DNA of 24,651 nt from Granulicella sp. (GTDB lineage: Bacteria > Acidobacteriota > Terriglobia > Terriglobales > Acidobacteriaceae), in contig DAHWNL010000067.1 of the NCBI GenBank assembly GCA_027339965.1, positions 1 through 24,651 on the forward strand, given 5' to 3'. How positions within the stretch are numbered: the first letter of the stretch is position 1; every line of letters starts with the position of its first letter. This document shows, in pieces, positions 16,328-24,651 of this stretch. The position numbers and the translations under genes are program-made. The notes under the pieces were generated by a model. That model was not told where the DNA came from. It worked only from the letters and a program-made list of their open reading frames with translations, and did no database searches.

Positions 16328-19237
16328 ATGATCCAAAGATTTTTCCGGCGCAAGTCTTCGAGCCTTTGGGGCGGCGTGGTCGTGAGCGCGGTGATCCTGA
16401 TGGCAAGGCCGAGAGCCGCTGCCGGCCAAGGCTTGTCAGGAACGCTGGATGGAACGGTGACGGATGCTACCGGGGCGATGATCCCTGGCGGCTCAGTGAC
16501 GATCAGCAACCCGGCAAGCGGTTATATCCGCAAGAGTACGGTCGATTCATCCGGTCACTTCCAGTTTGCCAACCTGCCTTTCAGTCCCTACGCCATTACG
16601 GTAAAGAGCCAGGGATTTCAGGACTTCAATGAAGCAATGCAAATCGATTCGCCGGTGCCGATGAAGCTGCGGATCGTGATGCAGGTAGCCGGCTCCGCGA
16701 CCACGGTGACGGTGACGGCCCCCACCGGCATGACGCAAAACTCTTCCACCTTTCACACCGACATCGATCGCGGGTCGTTCAACAAGTTACCACTGGAAAG
16801 TCAATCCTCGTCCCTGGTTTCGCTGGTGACGTTGGCGTCTCCCGGCGTAGCGGCGGATTCGAACGGACTCTTCCATGGTTTGGGAGATCATGCATCGAAC
16901 TCGTTTTCGATCGATGGTCAGCCGATCACCGACCAGCAGAGCAAGGTGTTCTCCAATGAGCTGCCATCGAATGCCGTGCAGTCGATCGAGGTGATCTCTG
17001 GAGCGCCGCCGGCCGAGTATGGCGACAAGACCAGTCTGATCATTGAGGTGACAACGCGCTCCGGCCTGGGAGTCACCACGCCAACGGGTTCAACCTCGTC
17101 CTCGTATGGAAGCTTTGGATCCACCACCGGTTCCTTCGACCTCAGTTACGGAGGCACGAAGTGGGGAAACTTCTTTGAAAGCGACGGTCTTGATACCGGC
17201 CGCTTTCTGGATGCTCCGGAGTTTGAGGTGATCCACGACAAGGGCAATGAGTTCAACCTGTTTGACCGTGTGGATCGGCAGTTTAAGCAGGCCGGCGCCT
17301 TTCACCTGAACCTGAACGTCAGCCGTTCCTGGTTCCAGACACCCAACGCTCTGAACAATTTGAACATCCAAAACGTAGCCAGCGATGAATCGTCCTCGGG
17401 CGGAGGGGCGAGCGCGAACCCAACTCTGGTGGATGTGGGCAATACCGATCAGCGATCGAAGATTTTGACCTACGATGTGGCGCCCTCGTATGACTGGACG
17501 CTCAACCAGTATGCCGTGCTGACCTTTGGGGCCTATGTGCGCCGTGACGACTACAACTATTATCCCAGCAAGAATCCGCTGGCGGACTACAGCACGGTGA
17601 CCCTGCAGAATCAGACGATCGGCCAGGCGCGCAGCCTGACCAACGCTGGAATTCGAAGTGATATCGCGTATGTGCGGGGCATCCACAACATCAAGGTGGG
17701 TGGCGAGTACGAGCAGACCTTTCTGCGCGAGAACGATGTTCTAGCTGTGGTGAACAACACCTTCAACTCCCCTTGCGTAGATCAGTACGGCAACTCGCTG
17801 CCGGGCTATTCCAGCCCCAGCGAGTGTCCGGCGGGGACCTTGCCCAACTCAAACTATCTCTCCGTTCTGGCGCCCTATGATCTTACGCGTGGAGGCGGCT
17901 ACTACACGTTCATCGGGCACACCGATGTGAAGGAGGCGGCGCTTTATGCGCAGGACCAGATCACCAAAGGCCCGTGGCTGTGGAACGTGGGCATTCGCGG
18001 CGATCTCTACAATGGCCTTGCGGTGGCGCGCCAGGCTGAGCCGCGAGTGGGCGTCGCCTACGACGTCAAGAAAACCGGGACCATTCTGCGCCTCTCGTAT
18101 GCTCGAACCCTGGAGACACCCTTCAATGAAAATCTGGTGCTCTCCAGCCTGGGCTGTAGCAGCGCCGTTCTGGCGCCGCTGTTGCAGTGCCAGCCTGGCG
18201 TCGGCACCATCATGCAGCCGGGCTTCCGCAACGAGTTCCATGCCGGCTTCCAGCAGCAGGCCAGCCGGTTCCTGGTGATCTCCGGCGAGTACATCTGGAA
18301 GTACACGCACAACGCCTTTGACTTCAGCGTGCTGGGCAATACGCCCATCACCTTCCCCATCGACTGGCACAATGCGAAGGTTCCGGGATTCATGTTTCAT
18401 GTGACCATGCCGCAGTACCACGGCTTCTCGGCGTTCATGGTGATGGAATCCGTGGCTGCAAGGTTCTTTCCGCCGCAGGTAGCCGGCGCGGGAGCTACGG
18501 GAGGTGTGGCTCCGGGCAAGGTGTACTATCCCTTCCTGATCGACCACGATGAAAAACTCAACCAGACGACCCATTTGCAGTACCAGATTCCGGGGCGGTT
18601 CGAGCCGTGGTTTGGCTTCAACTGGCGGTATGACAGCGGTCTGGTGGCGGGCTCGACGCCCTGTTATAACCCCTTGTCCAACGATCCCAACAGTGCCTGT
18701 CCCAACAGTTCCTATGCTCCGGACAGTCCCATTGGAACCAATGGCGTGCCGACCACGCCGGCGACGTTGAACGGCGTGCCCGCCGTGGTGCTGGTGGACA
18801 ACAATCTCCCCGCGACCGCCAACCCGGTGAATGGGGGATTAGCCTATCTGCCCTTGGACGCTGACGAAGAGTTTGAGGCCGGCCTGAGTTGTGATGGCGT
18901 GAAAGCGACGGGATTCAACCTGATTGGAACGCCGATTCCGAATACGCCTTACTATGAGTGCGAGGCCAGCCAGCTCAGATCTTCGCAGCTTCAGGTTCCC
19001 GCTCCGTTCAGGGGAGATAACGACAAACTCCCGCCGCGGGTGGCGCAACGCAGTCTGTTTGATTTCTCCATCGGACAGGACAACCTGTTTGATGGCAAGC
19101 GCTTCCGCTGGAGCGCGATGCTGACGGTGATCAACTTGACCGACAAGCGTGCTCTGTACAACTTTCTCTCCACCTTCAGCGGAACGCACTTTGTGACGCC
19201 TCGCGACATTACGGCGCAACTGGCCTTCCATTTTTAG
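16328..19237 (+). CDS. TonB-dependent receptor with N-terminal carboxypeptidase-regulatory-like domain
   Basis: Signal peptide, GTLDGTVTDATGAMIPG, plug-like IDGQPITD...AVQSIEVISGAPPAEYGDKTS, beta-strand pattern, NLTDK and terminal aromatic (QLAFHF). Confidence 0.93.
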   Translation: MIQRFFRRKSSSLWGGVVVSAVILMARPRAAAGQGLSGTLDGTVTDATGAMIPGGSVTISNPASGYIRKSTVDSSGHFQFANLPFSPYAITVKSQGFQDFNEAMQIDSPVPMKLRIVMQVAGSATTVTVTAPTGMTQNSSTFHTDIDRGSFNKLPLESQSSSLVSLVTLASPGVAADSNGLFHGLGDHASNSFSIDGQPITDQQSKVFSNELPSNAVQSIEVISGAPPAEYGDKTSLIIEVTTRSGLGVTTPTGSTSSSYGSFGSTTGSFDLSYGGTKWGNFFESDGLDTGRFLDAPEFEVIHDKGNEFNLFDRVDRQFKQAGAFHLNLNVSRSWFQTPNALNNLNIQNVASDESSSGGGASANPTLVDVGNTDQRSKILTYDVAPSYDWTLNQYAVLTFGAYVRRDDYNYYPSKNPLADYSTVTLQNQTIGQARSLTNAGIRSDIAYVRGIHNIKVGGEYEQTFLRENDVLAVVNNTFNSPCVDQYGNSLPGYSSPSECPAGTLPNSNYLSVLAPYDLTRGGGYYTFIGHTDVKEAALYAQDQITKGPWLWNVGIRGDLYNGLAVARQAEPRVGVAYDVKKTGTILRLSYARTLETPFNENLVLSSLGCSSAVLAPLLQCQPGVGTIMQPGFRNEFHAGFQQQASRFLVISGEYIWKYTHNAFDFSVLGNTPITFPIDWHNAKVPGFMFHVTMPQYHGFSAFMVMESVAARFFPPQVAGAGATGGVAPGKVYYPFLIDHDEKLNQTTHLQYQIPGRFEPWFGFNWRYDSGLVAGSTPCYNPLSNDPNSACPNSSYAPDSPIGTNGVPTTPATLNGVPAVVLVDNNLPATANPVNGGLAYLPLDADEEFEAGLSCDGVKATGFNLIGTPIPNTPYYECEASQLRSSQLQVPAPFRGDNDKLPPRVAQRSLFDFSIGQDNLFDGKRFRWSAMLTVINLTDKRALYNFLSTFSGTHFVTPRDITAQLAFHF

Positions 19238-19262
19238 TGCCTCTTTGATTGCTGGATGCATC

Positions 19263-19296
19263 ACGCCCGCTCTTGTCCAGAGCGGGCGTTCGTTTT
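19263..19296 (+). terminator. Intrinsic terminator after the TonB receptor
   Basis: ACGCCCGCTCT-tgtcc-AGAGCGGGCGT followed by TCGTTTT. Confidence 0.75.
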
Positions 19297-19351
19297 GCTG
19301 TTCGCGCGGAGATTCCCAGTTCTGGAGCCAACTCCCGTAGCATGGAGAGAG

Positions 19352-20311
19352 ATGTTCTCCCGGCTGCCGAAGTCGACGCTGATCCTGCTGGCCTTTGCCA
19401 GCGTGTACCTGTTCTGGGGCTCGACCTACGGCGCGATCCATATCGCGGGGGAGCACTTGCCGGTTCCGGTCGTCTCGGCGACGCGGTCGTTGATCTCGGC
19501 TACGCTGATTGCCATCATCAGCCTGCTTTGCGGCAAGAGCCTGCGGGTGCACGGGGATGAGTGGTGGAAGCTGTGCATCGTGGGTCTGTTGCTGATGTCC
19601 TGCAATAACATGCTGCTGACCTGGGGGGAGAAGCTGGCGCCCTCGGGTTTTGCTTCATTGATCGTCTCCACGATGCCGATCCTGATCGCGCTGATTGAGA
19701 GGATGTTGCCCGATGGCGATGCCCTGAACCGGCGGGGATGGATGGGAACGCTGCTGGGAACACTGGGGATCGGCGTGCTGGTGTGGCCTTCCCTGCGGGC
19801 CGCGCATGGAGATGAAGGCGCCGCCGGCTCGCGCGCTCTGCTGGGGGTGGTGGTTCTGATGGCGGCGGCTCTGGCGGCGGCATTGGCCGCGGTGTTGTCG
19901 CGACGTTTCCGATTTACCTCGGACAGCTTTGTCGCTACGGGCTGGCAGATTGGCGCTGCGGGCATCTTCAATGCGACCGTGGCCACCGCAACCGGAGGAT
20001 GGCATCGCGCGGTGTGGACCGTGCCCGGGCTGGGGTCGATCCTCTATCTGTCGGTCTTTGGATCGCTCTTTGGGCTGGTGGCGTTCACCTATCTGCTGCA
20101 GAACGTGGAGGTGACCAAGGTCTCCACCTATGCGTTTGTGAATCCCGTGATCGCCGTGCTGCTGGGGGTGTTGGTGCTGCACGAGCAACTGGTGAAGACC
20201 GAGATTGCGGGGATGGCTGTGATTGTCTGCGGGGTGGCGATGGTGATCTATAGCCGCGTCGAAGCCGGCAAGCGCGAGATCGTCGGCATTGCTGGCGAGG
20301 CGGTCGAGTAG
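19352..20311 (+). CDS. EamA/DMT-family transporter (YedA-like)
   Basis: AFASVYLFWGSTY, PSGFASLIVSTMP, YLSVFGSL, STYAFVNPVIAVLLG. ATG 19352 is preceded by GGAGAG. Confidence 0.92.
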   Translation: MFSRLPKSTLILLAFASVYLFWGSTYGAIHIAGEHLPVPVVSATRSLISATLIAIISLLCGKSLRVHGDEWWKLCIVGLLLMSCNNMLLTWGEKLAPSGFASLIVSTMPILIALIERMLPDGDALNRRGWMGTLLGTLGIGVLVWPSLRAAHGDEGAAGSRALLGVVVLMAAALAAALAAVLSRRFRFTSDSFVATGWQIGAAGIFNATVATATGGWHRAVWTVPGLGSILYLSVFGSLFGLVAFTYLLQNVEVTKVSTYAFVNPVIAVLLGVLVLHEQLVKTEIAGMAVIVCGVAMVIYSRVEAGKREIVGIAGEAVE

Positions 20312-20315
20312 CGGC

Positions 20316-21821
20316 TCAGGTGCGTTTCCAGCGGACGCCCTGCCGGGAGTCTTCGAGGAGGATGCCTTTTTCGAGCAGCTCCTTGCGGATGGCGTCGGCG
20401 CGAGCGAAGTTCCGCTGCTGCTTGGCGCGGGTTCGCTCGGCCACCAGGGCGTCAATCTCGGCATCGGTAAGGCTGCCGGCGCCAAACCTCTCCAGGACTT
20501 CGGGAGCAACCTGACTCAGACGGTTCTCAGCCTCAGCCCAGGCGAGCGCGGCGCGGGTGTGTTCGGCGTCGCGGTCCTCAAGGACGGCGAAGATGGAGTC
20601 GAACTTGTCCAGCAGCGCCAGGGTCTGTTCGGCAGCCAAACGAGAGAGGTTGCCCTGGTCGGCAGCGGTATTGACGGCGCGCAGGACATCGAAGACCGCA
20701 GCCCGGGCCTCGGAAGTGTTGAGATCGTCCTCCAGCGCGGCGGTGAAGCCGGCGTCTCCCTTGCGAATCAGCTCCAGCAGGGAGTTTTTCGCAGGCGATT
20801 CATCCGGCCAGGTTTGGTTGCGGATGCGGCCGTTGAAGGTGCGTAGGCGTTCCACGGCGTTGGTGGACTCGGTGAGGCCATCCAGGGTGAAGTTGATCTG
20901 ATGGCGGTAGGGAACGCTGAGCAGAAGAAAGCGGATGGCGGAGGCGCGGTAGCCTTTGAGCAGAAGATCACGGAGGGTGAAGAAGTTGCCCTCTGATTTA
21001 GCCATCTTCCGGCCTTCCACCAGCAGAAAGCGGACGTGGAACCAGTGCCGGGCAAAGGGCTTGTGCGAGGCCGCTTCGCTCTGGGCAATCTCATTCTCGT
21101 GGTGCGGGAACATCAGGTCTTCGCCCCCGGCGTGCAGGTCAATGGAGTCGCCCAGATACTTCATGGCCATGGCGGAGCACTCGATGTGCCAGCCGGGCCG
21201 TCCCGGTCCCAGGGCGGTATCCCAGGCAGCCTGGCTGGCGATCTCCTCAGGCCGGGCGGCCTTCCACAGGGCAAAGTCGCGAGCCGCATCCTTGTCATAC
21301 TCGTCCAGGTCGACGCGCGCTCCATCCTCCATGCCGGCCAGGTCCTTCTTGGAGAGCTTGCCGTAGCCGGGAAAGCGGTTGATGCGGAAGTACCAGCTTC
21401 CTTCCTCCGTCTTGTAAGCCATTCCCTCAGCGGCCAGCCGTTCGATGAGCGAGGCCATGGCGGGGATGTTCTGGGTTGCCCGGGCAATCTCTTCCGGGCG
21501 CTCGATGCCGAGGGCGTCCATGTCTTCAAAGAAGGCGCGCTCGAAGCGGGCGCTGTACTCGCCGATGGACTGTCCGGCGGCGGCGGCGTTGCGGATGATC
21601 TTGTCATCTACGTCGGTGATGTTCATGACGTGATGCAGCGCCAGACCGCTGAGCCGGGCGGCGCGGCGCAGCACGTCCACATGCAGAAACGTGCGGAAGT
21701 TGCCGATATGTCCGTAGTCGTAGACGGTGGGACCGCAGCAGTAGAAGCGCAGCGCATGGCCATCGGAGGCGAAGAGAGGTTCGATCTTTCCGGAGAGAGT
21801 ATTGAAGAGTTGTAAGGCCAC
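20316..21821 (-). CDS. cysS: Cysteine--tRNA ligase
   Basis: LFNTLSG, CGPTVYDYGHIGN, NITDVDDKII, DFALWK, GRPGWHIECSAM, HAGGEDLMFPHHENE, KMAKS, ADAIRKEL. GTG start at 21821 inferred. Confidence 0.97.
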   Translation of the reverse strand: MALQLFNTLSGKIEPLFASDGHALRFYCCGPTVYDYGHIGNFRTFLHVDVLRRAARLSGLALHHVMNITDVDDKIIRNAAAAGQSIGEYSARFERAFFEDMDALGIERPEEIARATQNIPAMASLIERLAAEGMAYKTEEGSWYFRINRFPGYGKLSKKDLAGMEDGARVDLDEYDKDAARDFALWKAARPEEIASQAAWDTALGPGRPGWHIECSAMAMKYLGDSIDLHAGGEDLMFPHHENEIAQSEAASHKPFARHWFHVRFLLVEGRKMAKSEGNFFTLRDLLLKGYRASAIRFLLLSVPYRHQINFTLDGLTESTNAVERLRTFNGRIRNQTWPDESPAKNSLLELIRKGDAGFTAALEDDLNTSEARAAVFDVLRAVNTAADQGNLSRLAAEQTLALLDKFDSIFAVLEDRDAEHTRAALAWAEAENRLSQVAPEVLERFGAGSLTDAEIDALVAERTRAKQQRNFARADAIRKELLEKGILLEDSRQGVRWKRT

Positions 21822-22375
21822 GCGTCGTCGGTTGCCGCGGGGCATTGGCTGGGGGCGCCGCACCGCAAGCTGCTTTCTGCTTTTGTCGCTACGCTTCGAT
21901 TTTAGCCGAGATGGAGCCGGGACCGGTTCGGCTGCCGCCCGGGCTCGGAGAGAGCCCTGGGACGGAAGAGCGCCAGGTCTCGCCTGTCGCATCGGCCAGG
22001 GCGCATGCGTTGCGAAGCGCCCAGGGGAACAGACCGCCGGAGCCCAGGCGAATCGGCGGCGCGGGCTCCTGAGAACTTCACCCGATCGCTGAAGTTGATG
22101 TCCCGATCCACCGCGAGAGCCGCGCCGCAGCTCGCTGGCTTAGCCCGTATATCACTCAATTTGTTAGTGTTACAGAGTTCCGAGGCCTCGTCTGTGGAGC
22201 TTGCGCGGAGCCTTTGCCACGGGCTACGCAAGGCGCGCTCTCTTTGTCTTAACGCTTGAACGTCGGTCTGGTTTGCGGGCGGCGCTGCTCGATGCAAAAA
22301 AGGCAAAAAAGTTCGTGATGCTTCGAGGTAAAAGCACGCTTCACAGCAAAGGCTTATCACTCTTCGGGGGTATCC

Positions 22376-23818
22376 ATGAATCGCATGACCAAGCAGGCAA
22401 GTTTCTCGGCCTTTACTCAACGTAGGCTTCTGGCCGTTGTCGCCCTTGCAGTGGCTTCGTCTTCGCTGATCGCGTGTGGAGGCACAAGCCACAGCGCGGC
22501 GAGCGGTTCGGGCTCCGGATCCGGCAGTTCGTCAAGAAGCAGCGGCGGGGCTGGGTCGAGCAGCGGAACCGGGTCGAGCGGAGAAGCTCCCAGCTTCACC
22601 TTCAGCAAGATCTCCGGCGGAACCTCGGGACTCTCGAACCCTCTGGATGTCGCGGTGGATGGGTCCGGCAATGTTTGGGTGACGGATTACTCCGGCGGCT
22701 ACGGTCAGGCGGGGGGAGGCAGCGTGACCGAGCTGACCAAGGCAAGCGACTTTTCGGCCGGCAGCGCGATCAACATCTCCGGCGTCAGCACGGGTCTGAA
22801 CGGTTCCAAATTTCTGGCCATCGATCCGTCCGGGAACGTCTGGATTACGAGCAGCTTTGGATCCAACTCCGTTACTGAACTGACCAAGGCGTCTGGATAC
22901 GCTGCTTCCTCTGCCGTGGTCATCTCTGGAGGAAATACGAATTTCAATGGACCTTGCGGAATCCTCGCTGACGAATCGGGGAACATATGGGTGGCGAATA
23001 TTGTCGGCAACTCTGTAACGGAGTTGCCGGCCTCGGCAGTCCAAGCGTCCAATGCGACTGGAGTTTCCATTGCCGTGGCCGCGCGCAATATCTCCGGCGG
23101 AAGCACCGGCTTTGCCAGTCCCGCGATGGTAGCGATGGATCCATCCGGCAATCTGTGGATTACAAATGTCGCTCTGCTTTCAGATAGCGGAAGCCCAGGA
23201 GTTACACAGCTTACGAAAGCCTCAAACTATTCGGCGAGCAGCGCCGTCAATATCTCCACCGCGAGTGCGAGCGGTGGGAGCTCTGGCGGGACGCTTCCCT
23301 TTGACATTGCCTCGGATAGCGCGGGGAACATCTGGATGACTGCGGAGAGGGTCAGCCCCGCCACCAATTCGTCTGGTACGGCAACGATGAATGCAGTGGT
23401 TGTGGAATTGACGCTGGCGTCCAACTACTCCTGGGCGCAAGCCGTAAGCATCACGGGCTTTGCTTCGGAGACGGACATTCCCTTGGGCATTGCGATTGAC
23501 GGGGCCGGGAACGTCTGGTTTACCAACTTGGAGGCGGCCTTCGACACTTCAACCAGCCAGGTGCAGTCCACCTCGAGCTTCGTTACGGAGCTGACCAAAG
23601 CCAGTAATTATTCGGCTTCCAGCGCGGTGACGATTACCGCCAGCCAAGCGGGGTTCACTACGGCTGTGGGCATCGCGATTGATGGCTCTGGAAACGTTTG
23701 GATTGCCAACTCGTCGATTGGGCTGGTGAACAGCCAGGTCGCCGCATCATCCGGCGGCACTTCCAACGTCGTTGAGATACCTGGCGCGGCCTCGCCGACA
23801 AGCCCGCCGCTGCTGTAA
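22376..23818 (+). CDS. Lipoprotein with seven NHL-like repeats (probable beta-propeller)
   Basis: Lipobox LIA-C, Gly/Ser linker, seven copies of P-x-x-(I/V)A-x-D-x-SGN(V/I)W followed by VTELTKAS-like segments. Confidence 0.85.
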   Translation: MNRMTKQASFSAFTQRRLLAVVALAVASSSLIACGGTSHSAASGSGSGSGSSSRSSGGAGSSSGTGSSGEAPSFTFSKISGGTSGLSNPLDVAVDGSGNVWVTDYSGGYGQAGGGSVTELTKASDFSAGSAINISGVSTGLNGSKFLAIDPSGNVWITSSFGSNSVTELTKASGYAASSAVVISGGNTNFNGPCGILADESGNIWVANIVGNSVTELPASAVQASNATGVSIAVAARNISGGSTGFASPAMVAMDPSGNLWITNVALLSDSGSPGVTQLTKASNYSASSAVNISTASASGGSSGGTLPFDIASDSAGNIWMTAERVSPATNSSGTATMNAVVVELTLASNYSWAQAVSITGFASETDIPLGIAIDGAGNVWFTNLEAAFDTSTSQVQSTSSFVTELTKASNYSASSAVTITASQAGFTTAVGIAIDGSGNVWIANSSIGLVNSQVAASSGGTSNVVEIPGAASPTSPPLL

Positions 23819-23961
23819 TTCGTGCGTCAACCTCAAGGTCCAGGGAACGGACGCGTCTCCGCTGTGCGATGAGGTTTCCCGGGAACCGGATGCGTGGTGA
23901 AAGGGCGATTGGCTCCAGTGATTTTGTAGCGGCGTAGCGCCGGCCCGGCGCTGAATCCGCT

Positions 23962-24651
23962 TCAGCCCAGGCGCAACTGCGGCGCGGGCTCCAGCGTGTC
24001 GGGGGCGAACTCCCCAGCCAGCAGCTTGGGCCAGGCCGCTGCAGCAATCATGGCGGCGTTGTCGGTGGAGAGCGCGACCTCAGGGAAGGCGATGGGTAGC
24101 CCGGCCCGCTGCGCCTCACCTTGGAAAGCTTTACGCAGATGGCTGTTGGCCGCGACTCCGCCGCTGACCAGCACGCCGCGTGCGCCGTAGTGCTCGGCGG
24201 CGTCGAAGGCGGCGCGGGCCAGGTTGCCGACGGCCGTGGTCTGAAAGCTGGCGATCAGGTTCAGGGTCAGCGCATCGAAGTGCGGCAGCGCGCGGGCGAT
24301 GTTAGCTGCTTCCGGCTTTGCCCGGTGCAGATCCATGGAACGGAGAGCTTGCTCGCGCTCCTGGATGGCGAGCTGCATCTGGTGCTGTTCGACGTAGTGG
24401 CGGACGGCCGTCTTAAGACCGGAGAAGGACATGTCGAAGCGAGCCTGATCGAGCGCTGCCGCGGTCTCTCGCGCAAGCTTGGGGGCAGTTCTACCGGTGA
24501 TCTTGGTTTTGATCCTGGCCAGCGGAAAGAGCTTGTCGTCGGCTTCGCCGTGGGCGGCCAGAGCGTCCATCCACGGTCCGCCGGGGTAGGGAAGGCCGAG
24601 CAGCTTGGCCACCTTGTCGTAGGCCTCGCCCGCGGCGTCGTCCAGCGTCTT
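23962..24651 (-). CDS. tsaD: tRNA N6-adenosine threonylcarbamoyltransferase TsaD, 5' part outside the window
   Basis: TLDDAAGEAYDKVAKLLGLPYPGGP, SFSGLKTAV, SGGVAANSHLR, STDNAAMIA; the frame is open to the window end. Confidence 0.96.
   Translation of the reverse strand, partial: KTLDDAAGEAYDKVAKLLGLPYPGGPWMDALAAHGEADDKLFPLARIKTKITGRTAPKLARETAAALDQARFDMSFSGLKTAVRHYVEQHQMQLAIQEREQALRSMDLHRAKPEAANIARALPHFDALTLNLIASFQTTAVGNLARAAFDAAEHYGARGVLVSGGVAANSHLRKAFQGEAQRAGLPIAFPEVALSTDNAAMIAAAAWPKLLAGEFAPDTLEPAPQLRLG

Noticed and set aside
21822..22090. T-box leader or N-terminal extension of cysS
   Set aside because: No T-box consensus seen; the extension is low-complexity and a TAAAAT -10-like hexamer at 21904-21899 lies within it.
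23936..23952. Hairpin AGCGCCG-gcc-CGGCGCT after tsaD as a terminator
   Set aside because: No T run on either strand next to the stem.

Overview
GC-rich bacterial window. The gene content (carboxypeptidase-regulatory-domain TonB receptor, NHL-repeat lipoprotein, small hypotheticals) suggests Acidobacteriota, which is inference only. Order: 3' end of an SDR oxidoreductase (+); a minus-strand ArsR - CMD/AhpD-like - TolC - EmrA/HlyD - EmrB/QacA efflux module; O-methyltransferase and an M50 site-2-protease homologue whose HExxH motif is HDCAQ; two divergent small proteins; an intact M50+CBS protease; a probable decayed gene with a 37-bp duplication; a small membrane protein; FadF-like Fe-S oxidoreductase with etfB-etfA; a DUF2946/CruR-like small ORF (signal peptide, HxH, CxxC, terminal KPPP) followed by about 550 nt of apparently structured RNA and a TonB-dependent receptor; an EamA transporter; cysS (-); a 7-repeat NHL-like lipoprotein (+); and the 3' part of tsaD (-). 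The best candidate for an undescribed system is the putative metal-sensing upstream ORF plus long structured leader plus TonB receptor. Other leads are the pseudo-protease, a candidate sRNA at about 7638-7752, a rod-like RNA at about 11070-11270, and a perfect CRP-type site in class II position before arsR. No CRISPR-cas, tRNA, rRNA or transposase was seen. All calls come from reading motifs by eye; no database search or folding program was run.
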